From an uncultured Chthoniobacterales bacterium (GTDB lineage Bacteria; Verrucomicrobiota; Verrucomicrobiia; Chthoniobacterales; SZAS-18), in the NCBI GenBank assembly GCA_964236475.1, contig CAXSED010000004.1:5890-69889 (forward strand): a stretch of DNA of 64,000 nucleotides, in the 5' to 3' direction. The notes under the pieces were generated by a model. It was not told the DNA's origin. It made no database searches and saw only the letters and a list, made by a program, of their open reading frames with translations. This document shows positions 40,316 through 48,515 of the stretch, piece by piece. The position numbers were made by a program, and so were the translations under genes. How positions within the stretch are numbered: position 1 is the stretch's first letter; each line of letters begins with the position of its first letter.

Positions 40316-41404
40316 ATGACCACCGCGCGCAAAACCAGAATCAAAGTCGGGGTCATCGGCTTGGGGATCATCGGCAGCCGGGTCGCTGCCAACCTGCGCG
40401 GGGCCGGGCATCAGGTCTACGTGTGGAGCCGTTCGCCGCATGCCGCGCCGAATTTCCTGGGCAGCGTGGTCGAGGTTGCCGACCTCTGCGACATCATCCA
40501 GGTCTTCGTCAGCGATGACACCGCGTTGCTGGAAGTGGCGCGCACCATCGCCGCCGCGTTGTCCCCGCGCCACCTCATTGCTGCTCACGCCACCGTTTCG
40601 CCCACGGCGGCCCGGCAGGCTGCCGCCATTGTCGAGAGCCAGGGGGCGCGCTATCTCGATGCGCCTTTCACCGGCAGCAAGCTGGCGGCGCAAAACAAAC
40701 AACTGAACTATTACGTCGGCGGCACCCTGGAAGCCTTGGAAGAGGCGCGTCCAATCCTGGAAGTGACCGCCCGGAAGGTGCTCCACGTCGGCGGCGTCGG
40801 CGACGCCAGCGTGCTCAAGATTGCCACCAACATGCTGACGGCTGCCACGGTGCAGACGCTCTCGGAATCGCTGGCTCTGGTCCGCGCCGCCGGGATCGAC
40901 GGCCAACGGTTGGTGGACGCCCTGGAGTTCAACGGCTCGCGTTCGGGCACCTCGGACATGAAGCTGCCGGCCATGCTGGCCGAAAACTTCGATCCGAATT
41001 TTTCTCTCAAGCACATGCTCAAGGATGTTCGGCTGGCTCTGGCTCTCGCCGAGGAAACAAAAATTCCGACCCCCGTCTCCAGCGCCATGGAGAAGGTGTT
41101 TGCGGACGGAATCGAAAAGCAGTGGGGTGACCTCGATTTCAGCGTGGTCACTCGGAATTACAACGCGTTTCTCCCGCCACGCCCTGTCGCCCCGCAGGTG
41201 GATGAACCGGCTGCTGAACCTGCCGCTGCCGCCGAATCGCTGGCGATGCAGACGGAACCTGCGTCCGCTCCTGATCTTGCTCCGGCGGCGATCTCCTCCG
41301 AGCCTGCCCGTACCCCGGGCGTGGCTCCCATCGGCGGCTCCGATCCCAACCAGCCGAAAAAGAGCACGCTGCGTATCCTCCGCGATTTTTTCAACCCTGC
41401 GTAA
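40316..41404 (+). CDS. NAD(P)-dependent oxidoreductase, 3-hydroxyisobutyrate dehydrogenase family
   Basis: VIGLGIIGS, YLDAPFTGS, FSLKHMLKD; P/A-rich tail. Confidence 0.88.
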   Translation: MTTARKTRIKVGVIGLGIIGSRVAANLRGAGHQVYVWSRSPHAAPNFLGSVVEVADLCDIIQVFVSDDTALLEVARTIAAALSPRHLIAAHATVSPTAARQAAAIVESQGARYLDAPFTGSKLAAQNKQLNYYVGGTLEALEEARPILEVTARKVLHVGGVGDASVLKIATNMLTAATVQTLSESLALVRAAGIDGQRLVDALEFNGSRSGTSDMKLPAMLAENFDPNFSLKHMLKDVRLALALAEETKIPTPVSSAMEKVFADGIEKQWGDLDFSVVTRNYNAFLPPRPVAPQVDEPAAEPAAAAESLAMQTEPASAPDLAPAAISSEPARTPGVAPIGGSDPNQPKKSTLRILRDFFNPA

Positions 41405-41418
41405 ACCGGGCCGACGCG

Positions 41419-42396
41419 ATGCACTTTTCTCTCCCGGCGGAGGATGTTTTCCTCGATTTGTCCGACCGCGCCAAACTGCGGCTGACCGGCGCGGACCGCG
41501 TACGCTTCCTCAACGGCCAGGTTAGCAACGACATGCGGCTGGCCACGGCGGAACGATCCGTCTACACCGGCGTCATGACGATCAAAGGCAAGCTGTGCGC
41601 CGACGCTTTTGTCCGCGACGCCGGGGATGCCCTCCTGCTCGACGCTCCGGGCGAACTCCGCGAAGCGCTTACCGCCCGGCTGGAACGCTACATCATCGCC
41701 GATGACGTGCAGATCGACGACGTGACCGAGTCGCTCGGCCTGCTTCACCTGGCGAATTTCGCCTCTGCCAGGGATGTTTCCGCGTGGCTGCCGGCGTTGA
41801 CGGAACTTGGAGACGGGGTGCGCGTGATTCGCACGAACCGGTTTCACTGCGACGGGCTGGACTTGTTCTTCGAGGCCTCCCGGGCGCATGAAATCCATGC
41901 ACGTGTGTCGGGGGCTGGTTTCACGGAGTTGAACGAGGACGCGCTGGAATCGTTGCGCATCCTGCTCGGGGTGCCGTCGTGGGGAGCGGAACTCGACGAA
42001 AACACGTTGCCAGCGGAAGCGGGGATCGAGGACCGCGCGGTCAGTTTTTCCAAAGGCTGCTATATCGGTCAAGAGGTGGTTTCGCGGATTCGGAGCGTTG
42101 GCCATGTCAACCGTCACCTCTGCGGTCTGCGCGCGCTGGATTCATCTCCGCTCTACGCCGGGATGCGGCTGTTTCCGGTGGACGAAGCGACCGGAAAAGA
42201 GGTCGGGCGCATCACCAGCGCGGCTCCGTCGGCAGGCCATGGCGGCGCGGCGTTTGTTGCTTTGGGCTACCTGCGGCGCGACGCCGCTCCGCTCGGTGCC
42301 ATGCTCGATGCCGTTTCTCTGCCGGATTCTTCCTCCGAAGAAGTTCCTCCCCCTTGCCGCGTGACCGTTTGTCCTTTGCCTTTCCCCTTTCAATGA
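41419..42396 (+). CDS. ygfZ: Folate-binding protein YgfZ/GcvT family
   Basis: FLNGQVSND and KGCYIGQE motifs. Confidence 0.9.
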   Translation: MHFSLPAEDVFLDLSDRAKLRLTGADRVRFLNGQVSNDMRLATAERSVYTGVMTIKGKLCADAFVRDAGDALLLDAPGELREALTARLERYIIADDVQIDDVTESLGLLHLANFASARDVSAWLPALTELGDGVRVIRTNRFHCDGLDLFFEASRAHEIHARVSGAGFTELNEDALESLRILLGVPSWGAELDENTLPAEAGIEDRAVSFSKGCYIGQEVVSRIRSVGHVNRHLCGLRALDSSPLYAGMRLFPVDEATGKEVGRITSAAPSAGHGGAAFVALGYLRRDAAPLGAMLDAVSLPDSSSEEVPPPCRVTVCPLPFPFQ

Positions 42397-42989
42397 ATTC
42401 TTTCTCTTTTCGTCGCCGTTTATCGTCAGGCGTCCTACTGGCTGTGGTCGGCTGGTGTCTGTTTGCCGTGCAAAGCGCGGTGGCGTCGGTCGCGGTGATC
42501 CATTTCCAGACGGGAGGAGGAACGGAAGATCAGGTGGTGACCATCACGTTGTTCGATCAGGATGCGCCGGTGACGGTCGAAAATTTCAAGCGCCTCGTGG
42601 CGAAGAAGTTTTATAATGGCACCGGGGTCCACCGCATCATCCCCGAGACGCTGGTCCAGATGGGTGACCCGCTCAGCCGCAAGAGCGACCGCAGCAAGAC
42701 CGGCACCGGCGGCCCGGGGTACACGCTGCCGGCGGAGATTCACCGCAAACATGTCCGGGGCGCGGTTGCCATGGCGGCACTGCCCCCGGCGTTGAACCCC
42801 TCACGCGCTTCGAGCGGCAGCCAATTCTACATCGTTCTACGGCCGGAACCTGATCTGGACAAAGACTATACGGTCTTCGGACAAGTGACAAGCGGCTTGG
42901 AGTTTCTCGATTCCATCAGCCGACGCGGACGCGACACCAACGACTACCCTCTGGAGCAGGTGTCAATTCGCTTGATCGAGTTGAAATAA
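42393..42989 (+). CDS. Cyclophilin-type peptidyl-prolyl isomerase
   Basis: APVTVENF, QMGDP, GGPGYTLPAE, GSQFYI, YTVFGQV; ATG overlaps the ygfZ stop. Confidence 0.92.
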   Translation: MNSFSFRRRLSSGVLLAVVGWCLFAVQSAVASVAVIHFQTGGGTEDQVVTITLFDQDAPVTVENFKRLVAKKFYNGTGVHRIIPETLVQMGDPLSRKSDRSKTGTGGPGYTLPAEIHRKHVRGAVAMAALPPALNPSRASSGSQFYIVLRPEPDLDKDYTVFGQVTSGLEFLDSISRRGRDTNDYPLEQVSIRLIELK

Positions 42990-43025
42990 TCCGTCCGGTT
43001 TTGCGAAAATATTTCGCTTGGGACC

Positions 43026-43054
43026 TTGCCAACGCGCCGGGTCTCCCCTATACA
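43026..43054 (+). promoter_or_regulatory. Sigma-70-type promoter for tRNA-Tyr
   Basis: TTGCCA-N17-TATACA, 70 bp upstream of the tRNA. Confidence 0.6.
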
Positions 43055-43123
43055 AGCATCTCCCATTGCCTGCCGAGTATCTGCAGCGGTAATTACACCG
43101 CCCGCCGGAGGCAATTTTCAGTC

Positions 43124-43206
43124 GGGTAGATACCGAAGTGGCCAAACGGGGTGGACTGTAAATCCACTGGCTTACGCCTTCGAAGGTTCGAATCCTTCTC
43201 TGCCCA
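43124..43206 (+). tRNA. tRNA-Tyr(GTA)
   Basis: Acceptor GGGTAGA/TCTGCCC, anticodon arm GTGGA-CTGTAAA-TCCAC, long variable arm, GGTTCGAATCC. Confidence 0.96.
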
Positions 43207-43216
43207 ATTTTCTGTA

Positions 43217-43229
43217 AATCAGGTACTTA
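43217..43229 (+). promoter_or_regulatory. IHF consensus site (putative att arm)
   Basis: AATCAGGTACTTA matches WATCARNNNNTTR, 10 bp after the tRNA 3' end. Confidence 0.55.
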
Positions 43230-43510
43230 CGCCTTTGATTGTCCTTCTAATCGGGCGTGGATAGATGGTGCCTGTTGCAATCTGTTTCGACACTCTGCAA
43301 CGGATAGTTGTCCTACGGTGTCCTACATTGAACCGCTTTTCGCACCCATCGTGTAGCTGTCCCCTGCCCCGCTCCGCTGATCGCCGTTCAAATCCGCGTC
43401 GATGATGGATACCGCGTGATTATTTTTGACCCCTGGGCGGGGCTTTTGGTATGCAAGGCGGGTATATGGTTGGTCGTGGTGAACGTTTCCAGTGAGGCCA
43501 CGATTGCGAT

Positions 43511-44032
43511 ATGTTCAGGCTTTTTGAGACGCGCCGCTGTGACCTTTGCGGTGTCGTCCTGCGTCGGAATGCCTATGTCTGGCAGATTGATGGGCGGGAG
43601 CGTCGCCTCTGCCCCGGATGTAGCAGTCGCTACGAAAGAAAGGCAAGCAAGGCGGCATTCGATGCTGGCAGGTTCCACGCCGACAAAGCTCAGCCGTTTG
43701 TCCCTTCGCCCTTCTTGTTCTTTGGCGGCACTGCCCTGTTTTTACTGGTGCTCCTGCGGCTCGCGGGGATCAATCCTACGACACCGTCCGTCGAGAGGCC
43801 GGTGCAGTCTGCGCAAACGCACGTTCTCGTCAGTACTTCCTCGCCGCTGACCACGGTCGAGGAATCGCAACGCACCGCCATCCGCCAGCATCCGCAGTTG
43901 GCCAGCAGCGGTAGCACTTTTAACCGCCTCTTTCTCGCTCGTCTCGCAACCTGGAAGGCCACGCACGATTCTCGACTGGACCGCTCGGACTGGCCGGAAC
44001 GTCTGGCGGACGATTGCGCTGCGAATCCATGA
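43511..44032 (+). CDS. Hypothetical membrane protein with N-terminal zinc ribbon
   Basis: CDLC...CPGC, one TM, C-terminal AIRQHPQL..SGSTFNRLFLAR..DWPERLA domain. Confidence 0.65.
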   Translation: MFRLFETRRCDLCGVVLRRNAYVWQIDGRERRLCPGCSSRYERKASKAAFDAGRFHADKAQPFVPSPFLFFGGTALFLLVLLRLAGINPTTPSVERPVQSAQTHVLVSTSSPLTTVEESQRTAIRQHPQLASSGSTFNRLFLARLATWKATHDSRLDRSDWPERLADDCAANP

Positions 44033-44262
44033 CCGAACCGCGCTTCAACGAACTCCAAGCTGCGCGCCCGTCGCCCACCTCCACACAAGCCGACTGGGGC
44101 GAAGGGATCGTCGTTTCCTGCGAGTGGGAAGAAGCCGGGTAGAACCCGGGCGAGCGCCAGCCGGACGGCCCGCGCTGGGTCTATGAAGTGCAAGTGGACC
44201 GCTCGGACAGGGTGGAGTTGTACGAGGTTTGGTTTGCGGAAGATGACTTGCAACCTCGTTGA
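44029..44262 (+). pseudogene. Small hypothetical gene with an in-frame TAG at 44140
   Basis: ATGA overlap with the upstream stop; frame continues protein-like past TAG (RWVYEVQV...VWFAEDDL). Confidence 0.45.
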
Positions 44263-44376
44263 CCCTCTGCGCGCCGCGGCTGCGGTAGCATAATAACCGC
44301 GAGAAGCCGTTCTCGCTCTTGTTTCTGTCGATGACCGCCTGCCACCGATTGGAAGCGCCGAGAGCATCCAATCGAG

Positions 44377-44742
44377 CTACAAAGCGCTAAGTAGGACTTC
44401 CAGTTCGTTCGTCGTGAAAGGTTTGACCAGATGGCCAAGGCACCCGGCCTGCTCGCTTTTCTTGCGATAGTTTAAATCATCCACTGCGCTCATTGAAATC
44501 ACGCACGGCGGCATTTTGCCGCGTTTGGACAGCTCAGCTAAATAGTCCCAGGCAGCAGCGCCGGGAAGCCTTACGTCGGTCAACAGCACGTCAAGCCCGT
44601 CGTGACTCAATCTAGCGAGAGCCGTCTCACTATCCGGGCACGACTCAACCCGATGACCCAATACGGTCAGGAGTGAAGCGAGGGTTTCGCGAGTGTCCTG
44701 GTGATCTTCAACAATCAGGATGCAAAGTTTCTTGGGGATCAC
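44377..44742 (-). CDS. Stand-alone response regulator receiver domain
   Basis: ILIVEDH, VLLTDVRLP (phospho-Asp), ISMSA, HLVKPF. Confidence 0.88.
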   Translation of the reverse strand: MIPKKLCILIVEDHQDTRETLASLLTVLGHRVESCPDSETALARLSHDGLDVLLTDVRLPGAAAWDYLAELSKRGKMPPCVISMSAVDDLNYRKKSEQAGCLGHLVKPFTTNELEVLLSAL

Positions 44743-44824
44743 AAAATTCTGAATCGCCAGAAGCGCGAACGCTGGCCCTGCTTTCCGATGATGTCTTGAC
44801 TTGAATCCGCTTTCGCCCGGTTCC

Positions 44825-45112
44825 TCATTGAGCATTTGTACGATGCGCCGTCCATTCCGGGGCCGCGATGCCGTACAGATCGTGTGCTGCCGCCCGCGCC
44901 AGCTTTAGGCTCAAATACTCGCTGACGGCGTAAAGGCTACCGTCGGTCGACTCGATGAGCAGCACAACGAGGCCTACGCCATCATCCGTGATGGTACAGC
45001 GAAAGGTGGTCAGTCGCCCCGCCGGATCGTCGTTGGCGGTGCACATCCAACCGTGCCGCTGCGAACCGACCACGTGAAGAGGATGTGCTTTGATGGTAAC
45101 TGGATCGGTCAT
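44825..45112 (-). CDS. Hypothetical protein
   Basis: 95 aa with normal composition; no family recognised. Confidence 0.45.
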   Translation of the reverse strand: MTDPVTIKAHPLHVVGSQRHGWMCTANDDPAGRLTTFRCTITDDGVGLVVLLIESTDGSLYAVSEYLSLKLARAAAHDLYGIAAPEWTAHRTNAQ

Positions 45113-45320
45113 GTCTAGAACTGCGCCTTCGGACAGGCAGCCCCGGAATCGGCGGTAGTTTCGCCATGGATTGGAAAATCGAGCGGAGAATTTGGCCTTT
45201 TTTATGACAGGAGGGAAGCTCAGTTCGTCACACTGCTTGAGCTGCCGCCCGGGGACCAGCCAGAGAGGACGGCGAACGTGGCGATTGCCGCCAAGAAAAG
45301 AAAGGGATAGAGTCCGGCCC

Positions 45321-45491
45321 GTGAAATCACGGAAACGCGATGGCGATACGGAGCGCCTGCTCAGCACCGCAGAGGAATCCATCGCAGAATCGAGGCGAAT
45401 CCTCGAAAAGATGAAAACCGTCACGAACGAGCGCAAGCGAGAGATGGACCAAACCCGCAAGGATCTCTACGACGGGAAGAAGCCCAGCTAA
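45321..45491 (+). CDS. Small coiled-coil hypothetical protein
   Basis: GTG start after a purine-rich stretch; charged helical sequence. Confidence 0.4.
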   Translation: MKSRKRDGDTERLLSTAEESIAESRRILEKMKTVTNERKREMDQTRKDLYDGKKPS

Positions 45492-45514
45492 AAACGGGGT
45501 CCATTTTGTACATC

Positions 45515-45700
45515 ATGGAAACGGTCTACGAAGAAACGGAGCGACACGTCCGCGAGGGCGAGCAATGGGTAGCCAACCAGTGCGATCTCATTGCGAAGCT
45601 GGAGCGGGATGGGCACGACGACATGGTGCCCAGCGCACGGGAACTTCTTGCTAGCCTGAAAGAATTTCCCGGTTGGGGCGTGATTACCTTGAAAGAGAGC
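45515..45700 (+). pseudogene. Small helical protein (ERHVREGE...LERDGH type) lacking its own stop; end approximate
   Basis: Protein-like for ~55 codons, then degenerates and runs in frame into the EF-hand gene. Confidence 0.4.
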
Positions 45701-45970
45701 AGGCAAAGAAGCGCGACGAAGGCACGGCTTCAGATTAGGACGCTGCCGCGTGAGAAGCTGCCTCGCCATTGTCGTCCTGCTCTGCGCGTTCCTGCTGGTG
45801 CGCGGCGATCAGGCGGCACGGGTCTTACCCCGCACTCAATGGTGTTCCGAAAACGATTACCAAATCCTTACACAAATGAGTTCAAGGCCGTTACCGCAAG
45901 TCCGATGATGTCAGAAGTGCGGGCAACGACCCCGACGCACTTCACCTCACCACCACATCACAGAGCTACC

Positions 45971-46474
45971 ATGATCTCCAGCATCTCTTCCGGCTCCAGC
46001 AGCCTGATCCAAAGCTTCGCCGCGACGGCGGGTACCCGCCCGTCCGGTCCGCCTCCGGGGCCTCCGCCTGGCCCGCCTCCCGACGCGTCCGGCATGGCGT
46101 CGGATATCATCAGTTCGGCCGACAGCGACGGCGACGGGTCCATCAGCAAGGATGAACTCACTTCGATGATCGAGTCCAAGACCGGCAGCACCAGCTCGTC
46201 CGATCTCAGCTCGAAAGTCGATGACCTGTTCAAGCAACTCGATACCGACGGCGACGGCAAGGTTTCCAAAACCGAGTTGACGACCGCCCTCAAAAAAGCG
46301 CACGACGCGATGCAGTCGCAGTCCGCCGACAGCAGCGGCACGAGCAGCAGCACGTCGAGCGACTTCGCGTCGCTCATGGGCATGTTGATGCCGCCCCCTC
46401 CTGATGCCGGCTACAACGCTAGTGGCGCTACTACGGGCACCATCAACACGAACACGTTCTCGGCGGTTGCCTAG
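45971..46474 (+). CDS. Two-EF-hand calcium-binding protein, Ser/Pro-rich
   Basis: DSDGDGSISKDEL and DTDGDGKVSKTEL loops; GPPP repeats. Confidence 0.88.
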   Translation: MISSISSGSSSLIQSFAATAGTRPSGPPPGPPPGPPPDASGMASDIISSADSDGDGSISKDELTSMIESKTGSTSSSDLSSKVDDLFKQLDTDGDGKVSKTELTTALKKAHDAMQSQSADSSGTSSSTSSDFASLMGMLMPPPPDAGYNASGATTGTINTNTFSAVA

Positions 46475-46518
46475 CTTGGGCGGCTGATCCGTTTCCTGGT
46501 GGATTGACGCATCAAAGG

Positions 46519-46546
46519 GCCAGCCGGAGAGCATTCCCCGGCTGGC
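46519..46546. other. Perfect 9-bp hairpin between the EF-hand and maf genes
   Basis: GCCAGCCGG-N10-CCGGCTGGC; no U-tract. Confidence 0.4.
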
Positions 46547-46612
46547 TCCGGCATCGTTCTACGACCGGCTATTACTGGGTGATCATCAGACCAGTTGATC
46601 AGCGAGGCGACG

Positions 46613-48097
46613 ATGGCGAACACCTGCATTCTTATCGGCCATCTCCCGGCCACGCTGACTCCGCCAGTCCACTTGGGGCACGCCGTCTTGTGGATTGTTG
46701 ATGCGGCCGGAGCCGCGGCCGGCCACGGGCGGCTCGACGCAAGCATGACGGTGCTGCCGGTGCTGCCCGACACAGCCGCGCCAGCGCTGGAGGAAGCTAT
46801 CAACGATTTTATTCGTCGGACACCGAAGCAGATGCCGTCACTTTATGTAAGCCAGGAACTTCCCGCTCAATACGACGCCAGCTACGCAGCGGCCGTCGAC
46901 ACCGTCGCCGCTTGTCTGGAATCGCACCGCCGTGCCCGGATCACACGTCAGCAAGACGCCTTCGCTTGGCAATGCCATCTCTTTGACAACACTGGCGACT
47001 ACGTGGCGAACCGGCTTCCCGCTCAATGGGAAGCGGCGTTGGCCGGTATTCCTGCGTTCGTTTGCGGGGCTGGCCCCTCGCTCGATGCCTCCATCGACGC
47101 GCTGGTAGGCGTGGCCAAGCGTGGCGTCGTGTTCGCTGCGGACTCCTCGCTGCGGGCGTTGGCCAAGCACGGTGTGCGAGCGGATTTTGCCGTCTCTGTC
47201 GACGTTGCCAAAACCCCTTCGCAATGTCTCCCTGGCACCAGTCTGCCGCATCGAGCTGTTTTCTCGGCAGTCAGCCCGCCGGAGTGGGCCGGAGCGATCT
47301 CCAGCGGACGACGATATTATCTTTCGAGCAACCAAGTGACCCTTGATTGGTTTGCGTCCATGGGGGTCGCGCGGACCAAAGCGGAGGTGCGCGAGAACTG
47401 CGGGGCGACGGCGATTGAGTTGGCGCGATTTCTGGGTTGTTCTCCCATCTATCTCTTCGGGATGGATCTTGCACTCAACTCCGAAGGTCCGCCCGAGCGG
47501 CACCACCGCGCGGCGGAACAGTCGCTTTATGCGCGGTCGGGATTTGACGCCGGGCAGAACTTTCCCCGCGTGCCGGGCAATTTTTCGCCAGCCGTACCGA
47601 CTCACGTGCTCGGGGACTGGCGCGCGTTGGACCGTCGGCTCGCCGCCTGGCCCGCGGGCATGGTGTGGGTTGTGACGGACCGCGGAGCTAAACTGGGCAA
47701 CACGACGGTGGTGCGACCCGAGGATTTTTCCTTGCCAACGGTAACCAGACCGAAGGAAACGCCCCTCGGCGCGCTGCGGGCGATGGGACCCCCACCCGCG
47801 CCGGGAAAAACGATCGCTGACAAACTTGAGCGATTCGGCCAGCACCTCGCCGGGTGGACGCCTGCTCTGCTTGAGATGCTCCACACGGGTGGGTCAGGAC
47901 TGCTGGTCAATCATTTGCGCACCTTCCTTGCGGCGGCGGAGAACGCGCAAATGCTCGGTGCGTACTCGCTCAAGCTGATGCCGCACCTTCTGCCGCCCAT
48001 CGTGGAAGGCGCGACAGATTGGGACGGGATCATCCGGGAGCTAGGCGAACTGGGACGACATGCGGTCGGCGCTGCCGCAGCTTGCAGGAACCGCTAA
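46613..48097 (+). CDS. Motility-associated factor (Maf)/DUF115 (MptE-like) glycosyltransferase-family protein
   Basis: AFVCGAGPSLD, AADSSLRALAKHGVRADF and ELARFLGCSPIYLFGMDLA. Confidence 0.8.
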   Translation: MANTCILIGHLPATLTPPVHLGHAVLWIVDAAGAAAGHGRLDASMTVLPVLPDTAAPALEEAINDFIRRTPKQMPSLYVSQELPAQYDASYAAAVDTVAACLESHRRARITRQQDAFAWQCHLFDNTGDYVANRLPAQWEAALAGIPAFVCGAGPSLDASIDALVGVAKRGVVFAADSSLRALAKHGVRADFAVSVDVAKTPSQCLPGTSLPHRAVFSAVSPPEWAGAISSGRRYYLSSNQVTLDWFASMGVARTKAEVRENCGATAIELARFLGCSPIYLFGMDLALNSEGPPERHHRAAEQSLYARSGFDAGQNFPRVPGNFSPAVPTHVLGDWRALDRRLAAWPAGMVWVVTDRGAKLGNTTVVRPEDFSLPTVTRPKETPLGALRAMGPPPAPGKTIADKLERFGQHLAGWTPALLEMLHTGGSGLLVNHLRTFLAAAENAQMLGAYSLKLMPHLLPPIVEGATDWDGIIRELGELGRHAVGAAAACRNR

Positions 48098-48099
48098 CC

Positions 48100-48297
48100 G
48101 TGCCCGCTACGGTGGCCAACCGGTTCCCGACGTGCGCCACGATCCTCTACAACTTGGCCTGCTACGCGGTGCAATTGGGGCACCTCGACTTCGCACGGGC
48201 GCGTCTGGCGGAGGCAATCAAGCTGGAATCGGCGTGTCGGGAGATGGCGTTGGCCGATCCTGACCTTGTGGAACTACGCGGCGAGTTGAGTGCGTGA
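48100..48297 (+). pseudogene. Isolated C-terminal TPR fragment
   Basis: ILYNLACYAVQLG...ALADPDL; no preceding TPRs. Confidence 0.6.
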
Positions 48298-48515
48298 ACG
48301 CCAACTCCGGTCACTTCGTCGATGCGGCGGGAACCAACGCTTGCAGCCGCAACAACTCTACGCCCTAGCTGTACTTTGTCAGATAGTAAGAGTTTCTTCC
48401 CTGAATAAAAGTCCGTTTCGGAGCTGCACTTAGGGAAATTGCATTCTTTCACGGATGATTTCTCAAGGATGAGATGCCTGGTTCGGAGCCACTTGCACGA
48501 AGTGACAAATTAATA

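Noticed and set aside
44140-44142. Stop-codon recoding (amber read-through) in the island
   Set aside because: Single instance; TAG terminates several other intact genes here (EF-hand, yidH, GH31) and no suppressor or pyl genes are seen
45506-46474. Single 322-aa ORF as called by the track
   Set aside because: Artefactual fusion; the middle ~95 codons are non-protein-like and the EF-hand gene has its own ATG at 45971
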